Program-made: the position numbers and the translations under genes
Shown here: one piece after another, positions 9,703 to 19,017 of the stretch
Layout: each line of letters opens with the position of its first letter
How positions within the stretch are numbered: the first letter of the stretch is position 1
Assembly: GCA_963828195.1 (NCBI GenBank)
Contig: CAWHDT010000005.1
Span: 736,001 to 800,000, forward strand
DNA from: Candidatus Bathyarchaeota archaeon
GTDB lineage: Archaea > Thermoproteota > Bathyarchaeia > Bathyarchaeales > Bathycorpusculaceae
Length of the DNA: 64,000 bases
Direction: 5' to 3'
The notes under the pieces: model-generated
Seen by the model: the letters and a program-made list of their open reading frames with translations, nothing else
What the model was told of the DNA's origin: nothing
Databases searched by the model: none

Positions 9703-9758
9703 ACCCATGACTTTCAGCTTAGAAGGCTGACGCGCTATCCGTACTGCGCCACGGGCCC
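9681..9758 (-). tRNA. tRNA-Arg (anticodon TCT), intronless, CCA encoded
   Basis: Reverse complement GGGCCCG-TGGCGCAGTACGGATAGCGC-G-TCAGC CT TCT AA GCTGA-AAGTC-ATGGG TTCAAAT CCCAT-CGGGCCC-GCCA folds as a cloverleaf. Confidence 0.97.
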
Positions 9759-9961
9759 GCTTGCGGGCACTCTAATGAAAACACTTACAAATATAATTTT
9801 ATCCCTAAGTATCCGTATTTATTAGACAGTGCTCTTAAACAAAGCCGCAGAGTTTCTGATGTTTTACGTAAGCAATTGGCAAAACGCTTTTCAAAAGAGG
9901 GTTCTTAAGATAACGCTGCCGCGGAAGTAGAAAGCAAAAAAAAGAAGTTTTCGGGGGGACG

Positions 9962-11590
9962 CTAATTGTTAGAGGTGGCAGCAATGTAGTCAGCCACGAA
10001 AATTGTGAGGTCTGCGAAGTTGATTTTGCCATCATGATTCAAGTCGCAGGCTGGGTTATACGTGCCATTCAGGTTGTATTGAACGTAGGCGGCTACAAAG
10101 TAGGTGACGTCCATGAAATTGACTGTGCCCGTATGGTAGAAGTCTATTGGGCTCGCGTTTGGGGTTGATGTTGGAACCGGAGTTGGTGAAGGCGTTGAGG
10201 ATGACGTGACGGTGGGAACGGACGTTGATATTGGAGTCGCCGTTGGTGCAGGAGTTGGGGTGGCAGGTGGCGCTACGTATGCATTGATGTAGTCTTGTCC
10301 CATAGTGTTCGGCGTGTAGCCGCTTGACAACAGCTCTTCGCCGTCGTAAGTTCCGCCTAAGCCGCTGCTGCTAAGCCAATAATAAGCCCCATCGCCGATT
10401 CCACAAGCATATTGAGCTGCGAGTAAATTACTCCACCAAGTCGCGTCATTTGCAGTGTTGCTGGACGAAGATAGGCATGAGCCTTCCTCATTAATTACCA
10501 AGGGCGCGCTGACGTCCATGCCGCTTTGTAGGCTTTGCAGTTGGGTTTCAAGCTGAGCAGTAGTCATCGGAACTCCGCCTGAACTCGAATCCTTCCCGTT
10601 CTGGTTCCAGTACGAAGTAAGATCTGAAGGCGCGTAATAGTAGAGGTGCGTTGTAAAAGCCAAATTCGTCGGGCTTCCGATCGCTGAAGATATCGCAGAT
10701 GCCCACCCAAGCGTCTGACCGACGTTTGGTTCCCAACCGCAGTTCCACTGCATAAAAATCAAGTTCGTTGAGCCTGTGCTTCTGACCGCATTGTACATTG
10801 TGGTTAGGTATGTCATGTAGCCTGAGGTTACTGTGTTGGTTGATGAACCCATAGGCTCATTCCAAGCCTCAAAGATCACGTTCGGATAAGCTTTAAGCGC
10901 GTTAGCCATCGAAGCCCAGTACGCAGTCCAAAAAGCCTGCTCATTAGCGTAGCCATTTGTGCTCTCCTCATAGCTCAGAAACGCTTGTCCTGCACTGTCC
11001 CAGTTGCCGCACATTGGTAGTCCTTGCGATCCGGCTTGGTTAGGTGTCAGGTATGGGTCTGAGCTGAACGAGCCTGAGCAGGCTGTAAGTTGGTATGGTA
11101 CAATGTTGACGTAGATGCCTGCTGCTTCAGCTTCACTGGCCAAAGTCTCAACGTAGCTCTGCACGTTTTCACCGTTCGCAGTACCATCAGCGCCATTTAG
11201 CATCCACCACTCGGGGTAAATGAAGACGCGTATCATGTTAACAGCCCAGACGCTCGATAGCTCTGTAAGCGTTTGGGTTACCGCTGTTGACGAGGCTGAC
11301 CCCCACTGGTCGCCCCAACTGTCGCCGCCTCCTGACCCCCACAGAATCAGATCCGGCGACATTCCGGCTACGCCCATGCCGCGCAGATAAACTGGGTTGT
11401 TGTTTGAGTCAAGTATCTGACCGCCTGAAGTATGCAACGGCAATGTTGCTGTTGCAGCGTAAACGTCGGATGAGCTAAAAACTGCGAACATGCTTATGGC
11501 AAAGATTGCAATGCAGCATAGTCCCACTGGCTTTGCAAGCTTCCTCAAACTAAGAGCGTGAGCTATACTCACTAAATTTTGTCCTTTCAT
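9962..11590 (-). CDS. Secreted GH5 (cellulase-family) glycoside hydrolase with P/T linker and C-terminal dockerin-like domain
   Basis: LHTSGGQILDSNNNPVYLRG, NMIRV, FEAWNEP (acid/base), THLYY, LVINEEG (nucleophile); twin repeats DFYHTGTVNFMD and DLNHDGKINFAD. Confidence 0.85.
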   Translation of the reverse strand: MKGQNLVSIAHALSLRKLAKPVGLCCIAIFAISMFAVFSSSDVYAATATLPLHTSGGQILDSNNNPVYLRGMGVAGMSPDLILWGSGGGDSWGDQWGSASSTAVTQTLTELSSVWAVNMIRVFIYPEWWMLNGADGTANGENVQSYVETLASEAEAAGIYVNIVPYQLTACSGSFSSDPYLTPNQAGSQGLPMCGNWDSAGQAFLSYEESTNGYANEQAFWTAYWASMANALKAYPNVIFEAWNEPMGSSTNTVTSGYMTYLTTMYNAVRSTGSTNLIFMQWNCGWEPNVGQTLGWASAISSAIGSPTNLAFTTHLYYYAPSDLTSYWNQNGKDSSSGGVPMTTAQLETQLQSLQSGMDVSAPLVINEEGSCLSSSSNTANDATWWSNLLAAQYACGIGDGAYYWLSSSGLGGTYDGEELLSSGYTPNTMGQDYINAYVAPPATPTPAPTATPISTSVPTVTSSSTPSPTPVPTSTPNASPIDFYHTGTVNFMDVTYFVAAYVQYNLNGTYNPACDLNHDGKINFADLTIFVADYIAATSNN

Positions 11591-11770
11591 TTCCTCTCTC
11601 TTCCCGAATTTTTCTGATTTGGGTTTAAGTTAACCTACTTCGCTTGAACCCGAGCCAAATTTACAATCCATTAGATAAAAGCTTACCCTATAGACACCCT
11701 ATAGATTATTTATCAAGCAACCGCTGAACAATAAACTAATGACTATTTACGTTTCGATAGGAAATTGCTA

Positions 11771-12793
11771 TTAGTCCCCTAAGTTGCCGACTCTTAGTTT
11801 GTCCACTTCAGCCTGCTCTGGAACTGCCACGACTAAGAATTTGTTTAAGGTTTCTCTGCCATAGTTCACTTTAACTTCGCCTGTTTTAGCATCGGAATAA
11901 CGGGCGGTTAATTTGGCAGCTGCTTCAATAGCTTTTTTGGTTTTTGGTCCCTGAAGAATCGTTATTGGACCGACAATTTCGGGCAACTCAAAGTATAGTT
12001 CATTTTTCGTTTTTCTGGCTACTAAAAGCTTGTTTTCAGCTTCGTTTCTTCCCACAACGATTTTGTTTTTACCCAACCGGAAGTGCCTCCCAACTCTGAG
12101 CAAAGCGATATCCGCCATGGAAATGCGTTTCTTGTGGGCGAAGAGGTCGCGGATTTTCTTTGCGTATTCCTCGTATGTTAGGAGACAGCCGCCTGCGGGA
12201 CAAGGATAATCCTTAATGTTGAATTCCTCTGCAAGCTTGAACTGCGGCTTTCGTGACCGTCCCTGAATATCCAGCAGTTTAGATCTGTCAACTAAACCCT
12301 TCTTTTCAGCTTCCGTTTCCGGCAGTAGTCTGGCAGAAAGCGGCCTTAGAACCTTGCCTTTCAAACCGCCTTCTTTTTCAATCAGCATCATGGCAGGATA
12401 ATGCTGAGACATAGGGCGCTCATCTAAAACTTCGCCAGTAAAAATGAAGGCTGCACCCATCTCTTTCGCGTATTTCTTGGCTTTTTTCATGAGGAAAATT
12501 CTGCAGTCGATGCAGGGGTTCATGTTTCTTCCGTAGCCGTGCTTGGGGTTGCGGAGCATCCGCAGGTAATCGTTTCCAGCGGCAACCATTTTCAGCGGCA
12601 CATTCAACTGTTTAGCTGCATCCACAGCTGCGCAACCGTCTTTTTTGCAGAGGCAAAAGGGGCTTCTGACATTGAAGGCGGTTACTTCGATGCCTTGCTT
12701 TACAATCATTTCTGTAGCAAGAATGCTGTCTAATCCGCCTGAAAGCAAACCTAAAGCTTTAACACGAGTCATGTAGCCAATAGCATTCTTCAA
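11771..12793 (-). CDS. ThiI/MnmA-like PP-loop tRNA thiolation protein with C-terminal NFACT-R/DUF814-like domain
   Basis: LLSGGLDS, NPCIDCR, TGEVL...RPMSQ, PAGGCLLT, VGRHFR, VVGRNEAEN. Confidence 0.8.
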   Translation of the reverse strand: MKNAIGYMTRVKALGLLSGGLDSILATEMIVKQGIEVTAFNVRSPFCLCKKDGCAAVDAAKQLNVPLKMVAAGNDYLRMLRNPKHGYGRNMNPCIDCRIFLMKKAKKYAKEMGAAFIFTGEVLDERPMSQHYPAMMLIEKEGGLKGKVLRPLSARLLPETEAEKKGLVDRSKLLDIQGRSRKPQFKLAEEFNIKDYPCPAGGCLLTYEEYAKKIRDLFAHKKRISMADIALLRVGRHFRLGKNKIVVGRNEAENKLLVARKTKNELYFELPEIVGPITILQGPKTKKAIEAAAKLTARYSDAKTGEVKVNYGRETLNKFLVVAVPEQAEVDKLRVGNLGD

Positions 12794-12996
12794 CCTGAAT
12801 AATAATCTAACGATAAAGGCAAGAAGAAAAAACCCGCCGAAACAAGAATTATCTTACTAACCTCATTTGGGGATGTATACAAGTTGTTAAGTGAACTTGA
12901 CTTGTTTGCGAAGCCCAGCATGTACGTTAAACCCAATCAAAGTTGACTTTTAAGCGAATCCCAATTGTCAAGAAGCTATAAAATCTCAGGGCTTTA

Positions 12997-14376
12997 ATGA
13001 AGATGGCAAGGAAGCGCTTGGAGGAGAAACAATTGGTTGTTGAAAAAACCCGAAACATAATCAGCTTCCAAGAATACGGCAAACAACAGGAAGCTAATGT
13101 AACAGTTCGGGAGTGGAAAAATTATAAATGGCAACTAAAAAACTCGGTAAAAACTGTTGCCGCTTTCGAAAAGGCTACAGGCATCGCATTTACAGAAAAA
13201 GAACATGAAGAACTCGAAAAAACAATCCTCAAATTCCCCCTAAGCATAACACCCTATTATGCGTCGTTAATTAAGAAAGAAAATTACGTCAATGACCCCA
13301 TATTTAAGCAGTCGTTTCCTAACCCAGCTGAACTAAAAATTTCAAAATACGACATGAAAGACCCACTACATGAAGACAAGGACAGCCCCACTAAAGGAAT
13401 TACTCACCGATACCCCGACAGAGTCCTTTTTCTAGTCAGCAACCAATGCGCAATGTACTGTAGACACTGCACAAGAAAAAGAAAAGTCGGCGATCCAGAA
13501 CATATTCCGTCAAAGCAACAGATAATCCGGGGAATCCGCTACATAGAAAACCACCGCGAAATACGTGATGTGCTGCTTTCGGGAGGAGACCCCTTTATGC
13601 TGCCTGACGATTTTCTGGATTGGATTCTAACGGAGCTAAACAGCATTCCACATATTGAGGTGGTACGAATTGGCTCAAGAATTCCAGTTGTTCTCCCCTA
13701 CAGAATAACGGATGAGCTGGTGCAGATGTTAAAGAAACATCATCCATTGTGGTTAAATACCCAGTTTAACCACCCAAGAGAATTCACATTATCTTCCAGA
13801 GAAGCCCTCAGAAAACTAGCAGATGCAGGAATCCCCCTGGGGAATCAAACTGTACTGTTAGCAGGCGTCAACGACTGCCCAAAAATAATGAAAAAACTCA
13901 ATCAAGAACTTGTACAAAACAGAGTAAGGCCATATTATCTGTTTCAATGTGACCTCTCAGAAGGGCTCACGCATTTTCGAACACCTATCGGAAAAGGCAT
14001 CGAAATCATGGAAAGCCTCGTAGGCCACACAAGCGGGTTTGCCGTCCCCAAATACGTTATAGATGCGCCTGGGGGAGGAGGAAAAATTCCTGTTATGCCA
14101 AACTACATTGTCTCATGGTCCACAAATAAAGTGGTCTTAAGAAACTACGAAGGCGTCATAACCACCTACAAAGAACCCGACGACTACAAATCCATTCAGT
14201 GCCAAAGAAACTGCGGCAAATGCGGTTTACCTCCAAAACTAACTGAAGACGAGCAGAACGCCGTGGGCGTGGAAAAACTGTTAGCGGACACCGATGAAAT
14301 ATCGCTTGTGCCAAACGGAAACCTGCGGATGAAACGAAGAGAAAAAGCAAGCGTAGGAGGTGTTTTGAATACTTAA
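12997..14376 (+). CDS. kamA: Lysine 2,3-aminomutase (radical SAM/PLP)
   Basis: [73 protein letters not shown]-terminal CQRNCGKC. Confidence 0.95.
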   Translation: MKMARKRLEEKQLVVEKTRNIISFQEYGKQQEANVTVREWKNYKWQLKNSVKTVAAFEKATGIAFTEKEHEELEKTILKFPLSITPYYASLIKKENYVNDPIFKQSFPNPAELKISKYDMKDPLHEDKDSPTKGITHRYPDRVLFLVSNQCAMYCRHCTRKRKVGDPEHIPSKQQIIRGIRYIENHREIRDVLLSGGDPFMLPDDFLDWILTELNSIPHIEVVRIGSRIPVVLPYRITDELVQMLKKHHPLWLNTQFNHPREFTLSSREALRKLADAGIPLGNQTVLLAGVNDCPKIMKKLNQELVQNRVRPYYLFQCDLSEGLTHFRTPIGKGIEIMESLVGHTSGFAVPKYVIDAPGGGGKIPVMPNYIVSWSTNKVVLRNYEGVITTYKEPDDYKSIQCQRNCGKCGLPPKLTEDEQNAVGVEKLLADTDEISLVPNGNLRMKRREKASVGGVLNT

Positions 14377-14389
14377 AATTAAAAATTAC

Positions 14390-14899
14390 TTGAAATTCAA
14401 AATCAGAAGCGTACTGCTCAAAGACGTAAAAGAAGTGTATAAACTGCTTTTGGCAAACAGACCATACGTCGGGTTAAATTCCAGGTACACCTACTTTCTT
14501 TTAGCAAAAGATTTTTCCGATACCTGTGTCGTTGCAGAACAAAATAACAAAATAATCGCGTTTTCCTCAGGGTACCTTCCTCCCGACAGACCAGAAACTT
14601 TCTTCAACTGGGAAATCGCCGTTGACAAAGAATATCGGGGATACAGCTTACAGAAACAAATGCTTCTTCATCAAATCCGAATAACAGACGCAAAATATTT
14701 TGAGTGCACAGTGAACCCGTCAAATGAAGCGTCAAGAAGAAACTGCTGTCAACTAGCTCAAATGCTAAACACCAAATGCGAAGAATACCTGCTTTTCAGC
14801 GAAGCAGATTTCGAAAATGATGGCCACGAACCAGAAATTCTCTACCGAATCGGACCAATTGCCAAAAGTGAAGTAAAAAATTTAGCTACCATACAATAG
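14390..14899 (+). CDS. GNAT acetyltransferase, EctA (diaminobutyrate acetyltransferase)-like
   Basis: LNSRYTYFLLAKDFSDTCVVAE, SGYLPPDRPETFFNWEIAVD, ECTVNPSNEAS, GHEPEILYRIGP follow the EctA pattern along the whole length. Confidence 0.8.
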   Translation: MKFKIRSVLLKDVKEVYKLLLANRPYVGLNSRYTYFLLAKDFSDTCVVAEQNNKIIAFSSGYLPPDRPETFFNWEIAVDKEYRGYSLQKQMLLHQIRITDAKYFECTVNPSNEASRRNCCQLAQMLNTKCEEYLLFSEADFENDGHEPEILYRIGPIAKSEVKNLATIQ

Positions 14900-14911
14900 A
14901 CAACAATGTTG

Positions 14912-14960
14912 AAGCAACCTCACCTTTTTTTAATCAAAAAAAGAAAAGTGAAGGTTGCTT
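14912..14960. terminator. Inverted repeat with T tract after the kamA-ectA-like pair
   Basis: aagcaacct-cac ... gtg-a-aggttgctt enclosing T/A runs. Confidence 0.45.
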
Positions 14961-15078
14961 AGATTTGCAAAGGCGGAAATCTATTTTTTTCAACATTCAG
15001 AGCTTGCCTAATCCCCTTTTTAGCAGAATAATTTAAAAACTCATATGAAAATAAAATATTGTACTTATTCGTAGAGGA

Positions 15079-16248
15079 TTGGACGTGGACATCAGCATCT
15101 TTATCCCCGTTTACAAAGAATCGAATCAGCTAGCATCCATGCTGAATAAGCTAAATTCTCAAAACGTAACGAAAGAAATTTTTGTAACAGTTGATGAGCC
15201 AACCCAAGATTTTTCAGAAAAAATAAAACAGTTAGAAAACAAAGACATCACATTCATCATTAACAAAGAACGCCTCGGGAAGGCAAACGCGCTAAATAGC
15301 ACCGTGAAGTTGTCATCTGCAAAAGTGCTGCTTTTCCTTGATTCCGACGTTGAAGTAAGTGGCGATAACGATTTTTTGAGAAAAATCGTCATGGAAACTA
15401 AAACGGCTGATGTTGTTGACATAAAAAAGAGGGTTGTAAAAGGAAAATCACTTCTATCCAAGATGGCTTATTACGAGTACTTCACCTTCAACGTTAGCGC
15501 TTGGTTATCGTCAAGGTACATGCATAAGTGTCCCGCCGTGAACGGCGCAGCATTCGCGATTAAACGGGAAACATTCGAGAAAGTCGGCGGCTTCCACAAA
15601 GTCGTTGCCGAAGACATTGACATTGCCACAAGAGCGTTCATGGAAGACAGCAGTTTCTCATACAGCACCGATGTTGAAGTAAAAAACGTTGTTTACTCCG
15701 AATGGAGAAAATGGTTTAAGCAGCGTCGAAGATGGGCGATAGGTCAAGCTTTGTGGCTGCAACTTTGGTACCGTGACTTAACGAAAAAGTTCATTAAAAA
15801 ACCGCAAGTTTTTCTGCCAAGCTTATTCTTCTTCTACCCATCCGTCGCGATTTTCTTTCTAAGCTTTCTGGTGCCAAACTTCTGGATGTATAATTCACTG
15901 CTGGTTTTCTCCCTGTTTTTGTCGGTGAAATTCAACATTTTACTACCTGTTTTTCTTGTTTCGCTTGCAACTGCGAACGTGATTAAAATACTGGTTATTT
16001 CGCTTTCCAGTTTCGGGTTAACTGCCGCTGTTTTCTATGGTTTCTCGAGAAAACTCGGTTTCAGGGAAATGAAGCTTCACGAATTATTCGTTTACTACTT
16101 TTTTTACTCAAACATATGGATAGCGCTGATAATTATCGGGTCGATCCAAGTGTTTGTTTTCAAGAAAAAAGTTGCGCCAGGCTGGAGAACTGAGCCGCCG
16201 AAAAGCAGCGCGCAACAAATCAGTCCTTCTTCATTGCCCGTGCCTTGA
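15079..16248 (+). CDS. GT2 family membrane glycosyltransferase
   Basis: IFIPVYKE, GKANALN, LFLDSD, VAEDID, QRRRW, C-terminal TM helices. Confidence 0.9.
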   Translation: MDVDISIFIPVYKESNQLASMLNKLNSQNVTKEIFVTVDEPTQDFSEKIKQLENKDITFIINKERLGKANALNSTVKLSSAKVLLFLDSDVEVSGDNDFLRKIVMETKTADVVDIKKRVVKGKSLLSKMAYYEYFTFNVSAWLSSRYMHKCPAVNGAAFAIKRETFEKVGGFHKVVAEDIDIATRAFMEDSSFSYSTDVEVKNVVYSEWRKWFKQRRRWAIGQALWLQLWYRDLTKKFIKKPQVFLPSLFFFYPSVAIFFLSFLVPNFWMYNSLLVFSLFLSVKFNILLPVFLVSLATANVIKILVISLSSFGLTAAVFYGFSRKLGFREMKLHELFVYYFFYSNIWIALIIIGSIQVFVFKKKVAPGWRTEPPKSSAQQISPSSLPVP

Positions 16249-16930
16249 GCTCTTTAGGCATCAACTCGATAGCATATCGCAAAGCGGTCCTGGGCATGGT
16301 CTTCCGGTTTTTAAAGACGAAGTCGAAAACTTCTTTTTGGTGCTTTCGGCTTTCTTCTTTAAGCAGCCACCCGTAACCTTTCTGCACAAGGTCATCTTCA
16401 TCATTCAACAGAACGTCACATATTTCGAAGGCTTCTGGCATGAAAAAACCTTTTTTTGCTGGAACAATAAGCGACACAGCCGCAGCCCGTTTAAGCCACC
16501 GGTTTGTTGAGGTAGCCCAGCTTTTCACTTCTGTTAAAGCTTCGGGGGACTTCTGGATTAAATCGCCGAGGGTGTGGTTGCAGAAGCTGTCGCATTTAGC
16601 CCAATTATTAATGTATTGCTCAATCCACATCTTGAATGTCGCCAAATCGTCTAGTTCAATGTGCTCGATGTAGTTGGGCAGCCAGAAAGAAACTATGAAT
16701 GCTTCTTCAGTGAAGCCAGAACGGAGAAGCTCTTCGCATAGGCTAAAAATTGTTTGCTTGTCTTGGATTTTCACTTGTTTCCAATATTTTTTAGCAATTT
16801 TGCCGACGACTTCATTTTTAACGCCGTAGTATTTTACCTGTTCTTTAAAGAAACGCTGAAAACTATTTTGTATTTGCGGATCTATGTTGGCGTTTAATTC
16901 CTCTCTTATTTGGGCAAGAATATTGTTCAT
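16220..16930 (-). CDS. DNA alkylation repair protein (AlkD-like HEAT-repeat)
   Basis: INNWAKCD, W...NRWLKRAA, DLVQKGYGWLLKE, MPRTALRYAIE. Confidence 0.85.
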   Translation of the reverse strand: MNNILAQIREELNANIDPQIQNSFQRFFKEQVKYYGVKNEVVGKIAKKYWKQVKIQDKQTIFSLCEELLRSGFTEEAFIVSFWLPNYIEHIELDDLATFKMWIEQYINNWAKCDSFCNHTLGDLIQKSPEALTEVKSWATSTNRWLKRAAAVSLIVPAKKGFFMPEAFEICDVLLNDEDDLVQKGYGWLLKEESRKHQKEVFDFVFKNRKTMPRTALRYAIELMPKELKARAMKKD

Positions 16931-17018
16931 AAAGCTAAAGCGGTTTTTATGAATTATAACTTTTTCTAATTATTTTCTGCGGAAAAGATGAGGGCAAAAA
17001 CAAAAAGGGAATTGACTG

Positions 17019-17306
17019 TTAGTAATCTTCCATTTGGTAGAGGTCGAGGTCGATGTTTAAGGGTTTTTCAGGTTCATGTGCCGATTCTAAATCGTAGAGA
17101 CACCGCGTTGCTTTTTCCAGTCTACTTGTTTTTTTAACAGGCACTTTATTTTTAACCATCCTGACGTTCATTTTGTTTTTCGGTTTACGAACTACGTTTG
17201 GACCGCCAATAACCATCGAGTGGTCAATGATTTTTGGAGCAACCTCAATCTTCGCGTCGTCAAAGCCCAAAGGCTTTAGTGCGTCGTCATGCAAATTTTT
17301 AGTCAA
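17019..17306 (-). CDS. Hypothetical protein coupled to the RHH gene
   Basis: TTG at 17306 overlaps the end of the RHH gene; no motif recognised. Confidence 0.5.
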   Translation of the reverse strand: MTKNLHDDALKPLGFDDAKIEVAPKIIDHSMVIGGPNVVRKPKNKMNVRMVKNKVPVKKTSRLEKATRCLYDLESAHEPEKPLNIDLDLYQMEDY

Positions 17307-17454
17307 CGCCTTTGCGCCTCCATACCTCAGCACTGATTAAATCGCGAATTGCAACCCTGATGGCTTCGGCGCGGTTAGGGTAGAATCTTTCGTCTACCAG
17401 CTGGTCCAAAGCTTTTATATACGTTTCAGGCAGATACAGAGTAATTAATTTCAC
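17299..17454 (-). CDS. Ribbon-helix-helix (CopG/CdrS-like) transcription regulator
   Basis: From GTG at 17454 (GGAGAGG upstream): MKLITLYLPETYIKALDQLVDERFYPNRAEAIRVAIRDLI. Confidence 0.85.
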   Translation of the reverse strand: MKLITLYLPETYIKALDQLVDERFYPNRAEAIRVAIRDLISAEVWRRKGVD

Positions 17455-17671
17455 TTTAATTGTCCTCTCCCAGATTAGTTGGTAAGTAAACAAACGATGT
17501 GTTGTGGAATATACCTCTATATAATATGCTTTAAATATGCCTATAACATGTTCGTGCCTGCGCATATAAGCTTTTTTTGAGTCATGTTGCAGTTTTCTGT
17601 CTATTTCAGCTAAGAAACCTTTAAGTTTTTATCTCTTGTTGAAACATCTAACATACTGGTGTACATGGTCA

Positions 17672-18961
17672 ATGCAGGTTTTCGTTAGAAGCTTCGGATG
17701 TTCGGCAAATACAGCTGACAGCGAGGTCATAGCAGGCTGCCTAGCGCAAGCAGGCTTCGGACTGGCAGCTTCAGAGTCAGAGGCTGACCTCCTAATCTAC
17801 AATACCTGCGCCGTGAAAGGTCCAACAGAAAACCGCATTATCGAAGCTTTGAAGCGTGTACCAAAAGGCAAGAAGGTCATTGTCGCAGGCTGTCTGCCTG
17901 TGATCAGTTTTGAGCGGCTGCAACGCGAGGTGCGTTTTGATGGCGCAGTTGGTCCCTCAGGCGGCGTCGGAATAGTTGAGGTGGTTGCCCGCGTTTTAGC
18001 TGGAGAAAAAGTTGTCGAACTGTCCAGTTTGAATCTTAAGCCCAAACTTGATTTGCCAAGAGTGAACTCTAATCCAGTTATCAGCGTTGTACCAGTAAAT
18101 TTCGGCTGTTTAGGCTCATGTGCCTACTGCTGCGTTGTTTTCGCGCGCGGCCGCCTACGAAGCTACAGCATAAAAGAAATTACTGATCGGGTGCGGTGCG
18201 ATTTTGAGGCTGGCACCAGGGAGTTTTGGGTTACCTCGCAAGATACAGCTTGCTACGGACAGGATTTGCACATTAACTTGGCAGACTTGCTTGGGGCTCT
18301 TGGGGATTTGGCGGGCGATTTTAAGGTTCGAGTTGGCATGATGACGCCAAACATGGTGACTGACATGCAAGGTCGCCTTGTTGAAGCTTTTAGAAGCGAT
18401 AAAATCTTCAAGTTTCTGCATCTGCCAGTGCAAAGCGGAGATGATGAAACACTCAAGCGGATGCGTAGATTTTACTCGGTTGAGCAGTTTAAAGAGATTG
18501 TGGCTGCGTTTAGGGCTGAGTTTCCCGACTTGACGCTTGCCACAGACGTTATTGTGGGTTTTCCGGGGGAAACAGCTGAGGCTTTTCAGAATACGCTTAA
18601 GCTCTTAGAGGAAGTTAAGCCTGACGTGGTAAATGTTTCGAAGTTTTTTGCTAGACCCAAAACGGCTGCGGCGCAGATTCAGGATGGTTTGGTTGATCGA
18701 GATGAGATTAAGCGTAGAAGCGCGGTCGCCGCAGAGGTGGCGAGGCGGGTTTCTTTTGAGCGGAATCAGCGTTGGGTGGGCTGGGAGGTCGAAGTGCTTG
18801 TCGATGAGAAGGGCAAAGTGGAGGGGTCGTGGGTGGGACGCAACTTCGCTTATAAACCCGTCGTTGTTAAAAGCACAGATAACTTGCTGGGCAAAACGGT
18901 TAAAGTTAAGGTTGTTGAAGCTTCAACTACTTACCTCAAGAGCGTAATATCTGAGGCATAA
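17672..18961 (+). CDS. tRNA methylthiotransferase (archaeal MtaB-like; UPF0004 + radical SAM + TRAM)
   Basis: SFGCSAN, NTCAVK, VAGCL, GCLGSCAYC, HLPVQSG, DVIVGFPGET. Confidence 0.9.
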   Translation: MQVFVRSFGCSANTADSEVIAGCLAQAGFGLAASESEADLLIYNTCAVKGPTENRIIEALKRVPKGKKVIVAGCLPVISFERLQREVRFDGAVGPSGGVGIVEVVARVLAGEKVVELSSLNLKPKLDLPRVNSNPVISVVPVNFGCLGSCAYCCVVFARGRLRSYSIKEITDRVRCDFEAGTREFWVTSQDTACYGQDLHINLADLLGALGDLAGDFKVRVGMMTPNMVTDMQGRLVEAFRSDKIFKFLHLPVQSGDDETLKRMRRFYSVEQFKEIVAAFRAEFPDLTLATDVIVGFPGETAEAFQNTLKLLEEVKPDVVNVSKFFARPKTAAAQIQDGLVDRDEIKRRSAVAAEVARRVSFERNQRWVGWEVEVLVDEKGKVEGSWVGRNFAYKPVVVKSTDNLLGKTVKVKVVEASTTYLKSVISEA

Positions 18962-19017
18962 GGTCACACTGGAATACTTAAATAATTTCGGTCACTGTAT
19001 TTTTGTTGTGTTGAGAA

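Noticed and set aside
8540-12962. Shared 14-mer tttaagcgaatccc upstream of dsrE (8540) and kamA (12949)
   Set aside because: Different distances to the start codons and partly a TATA-like core; cannot be told from chance.
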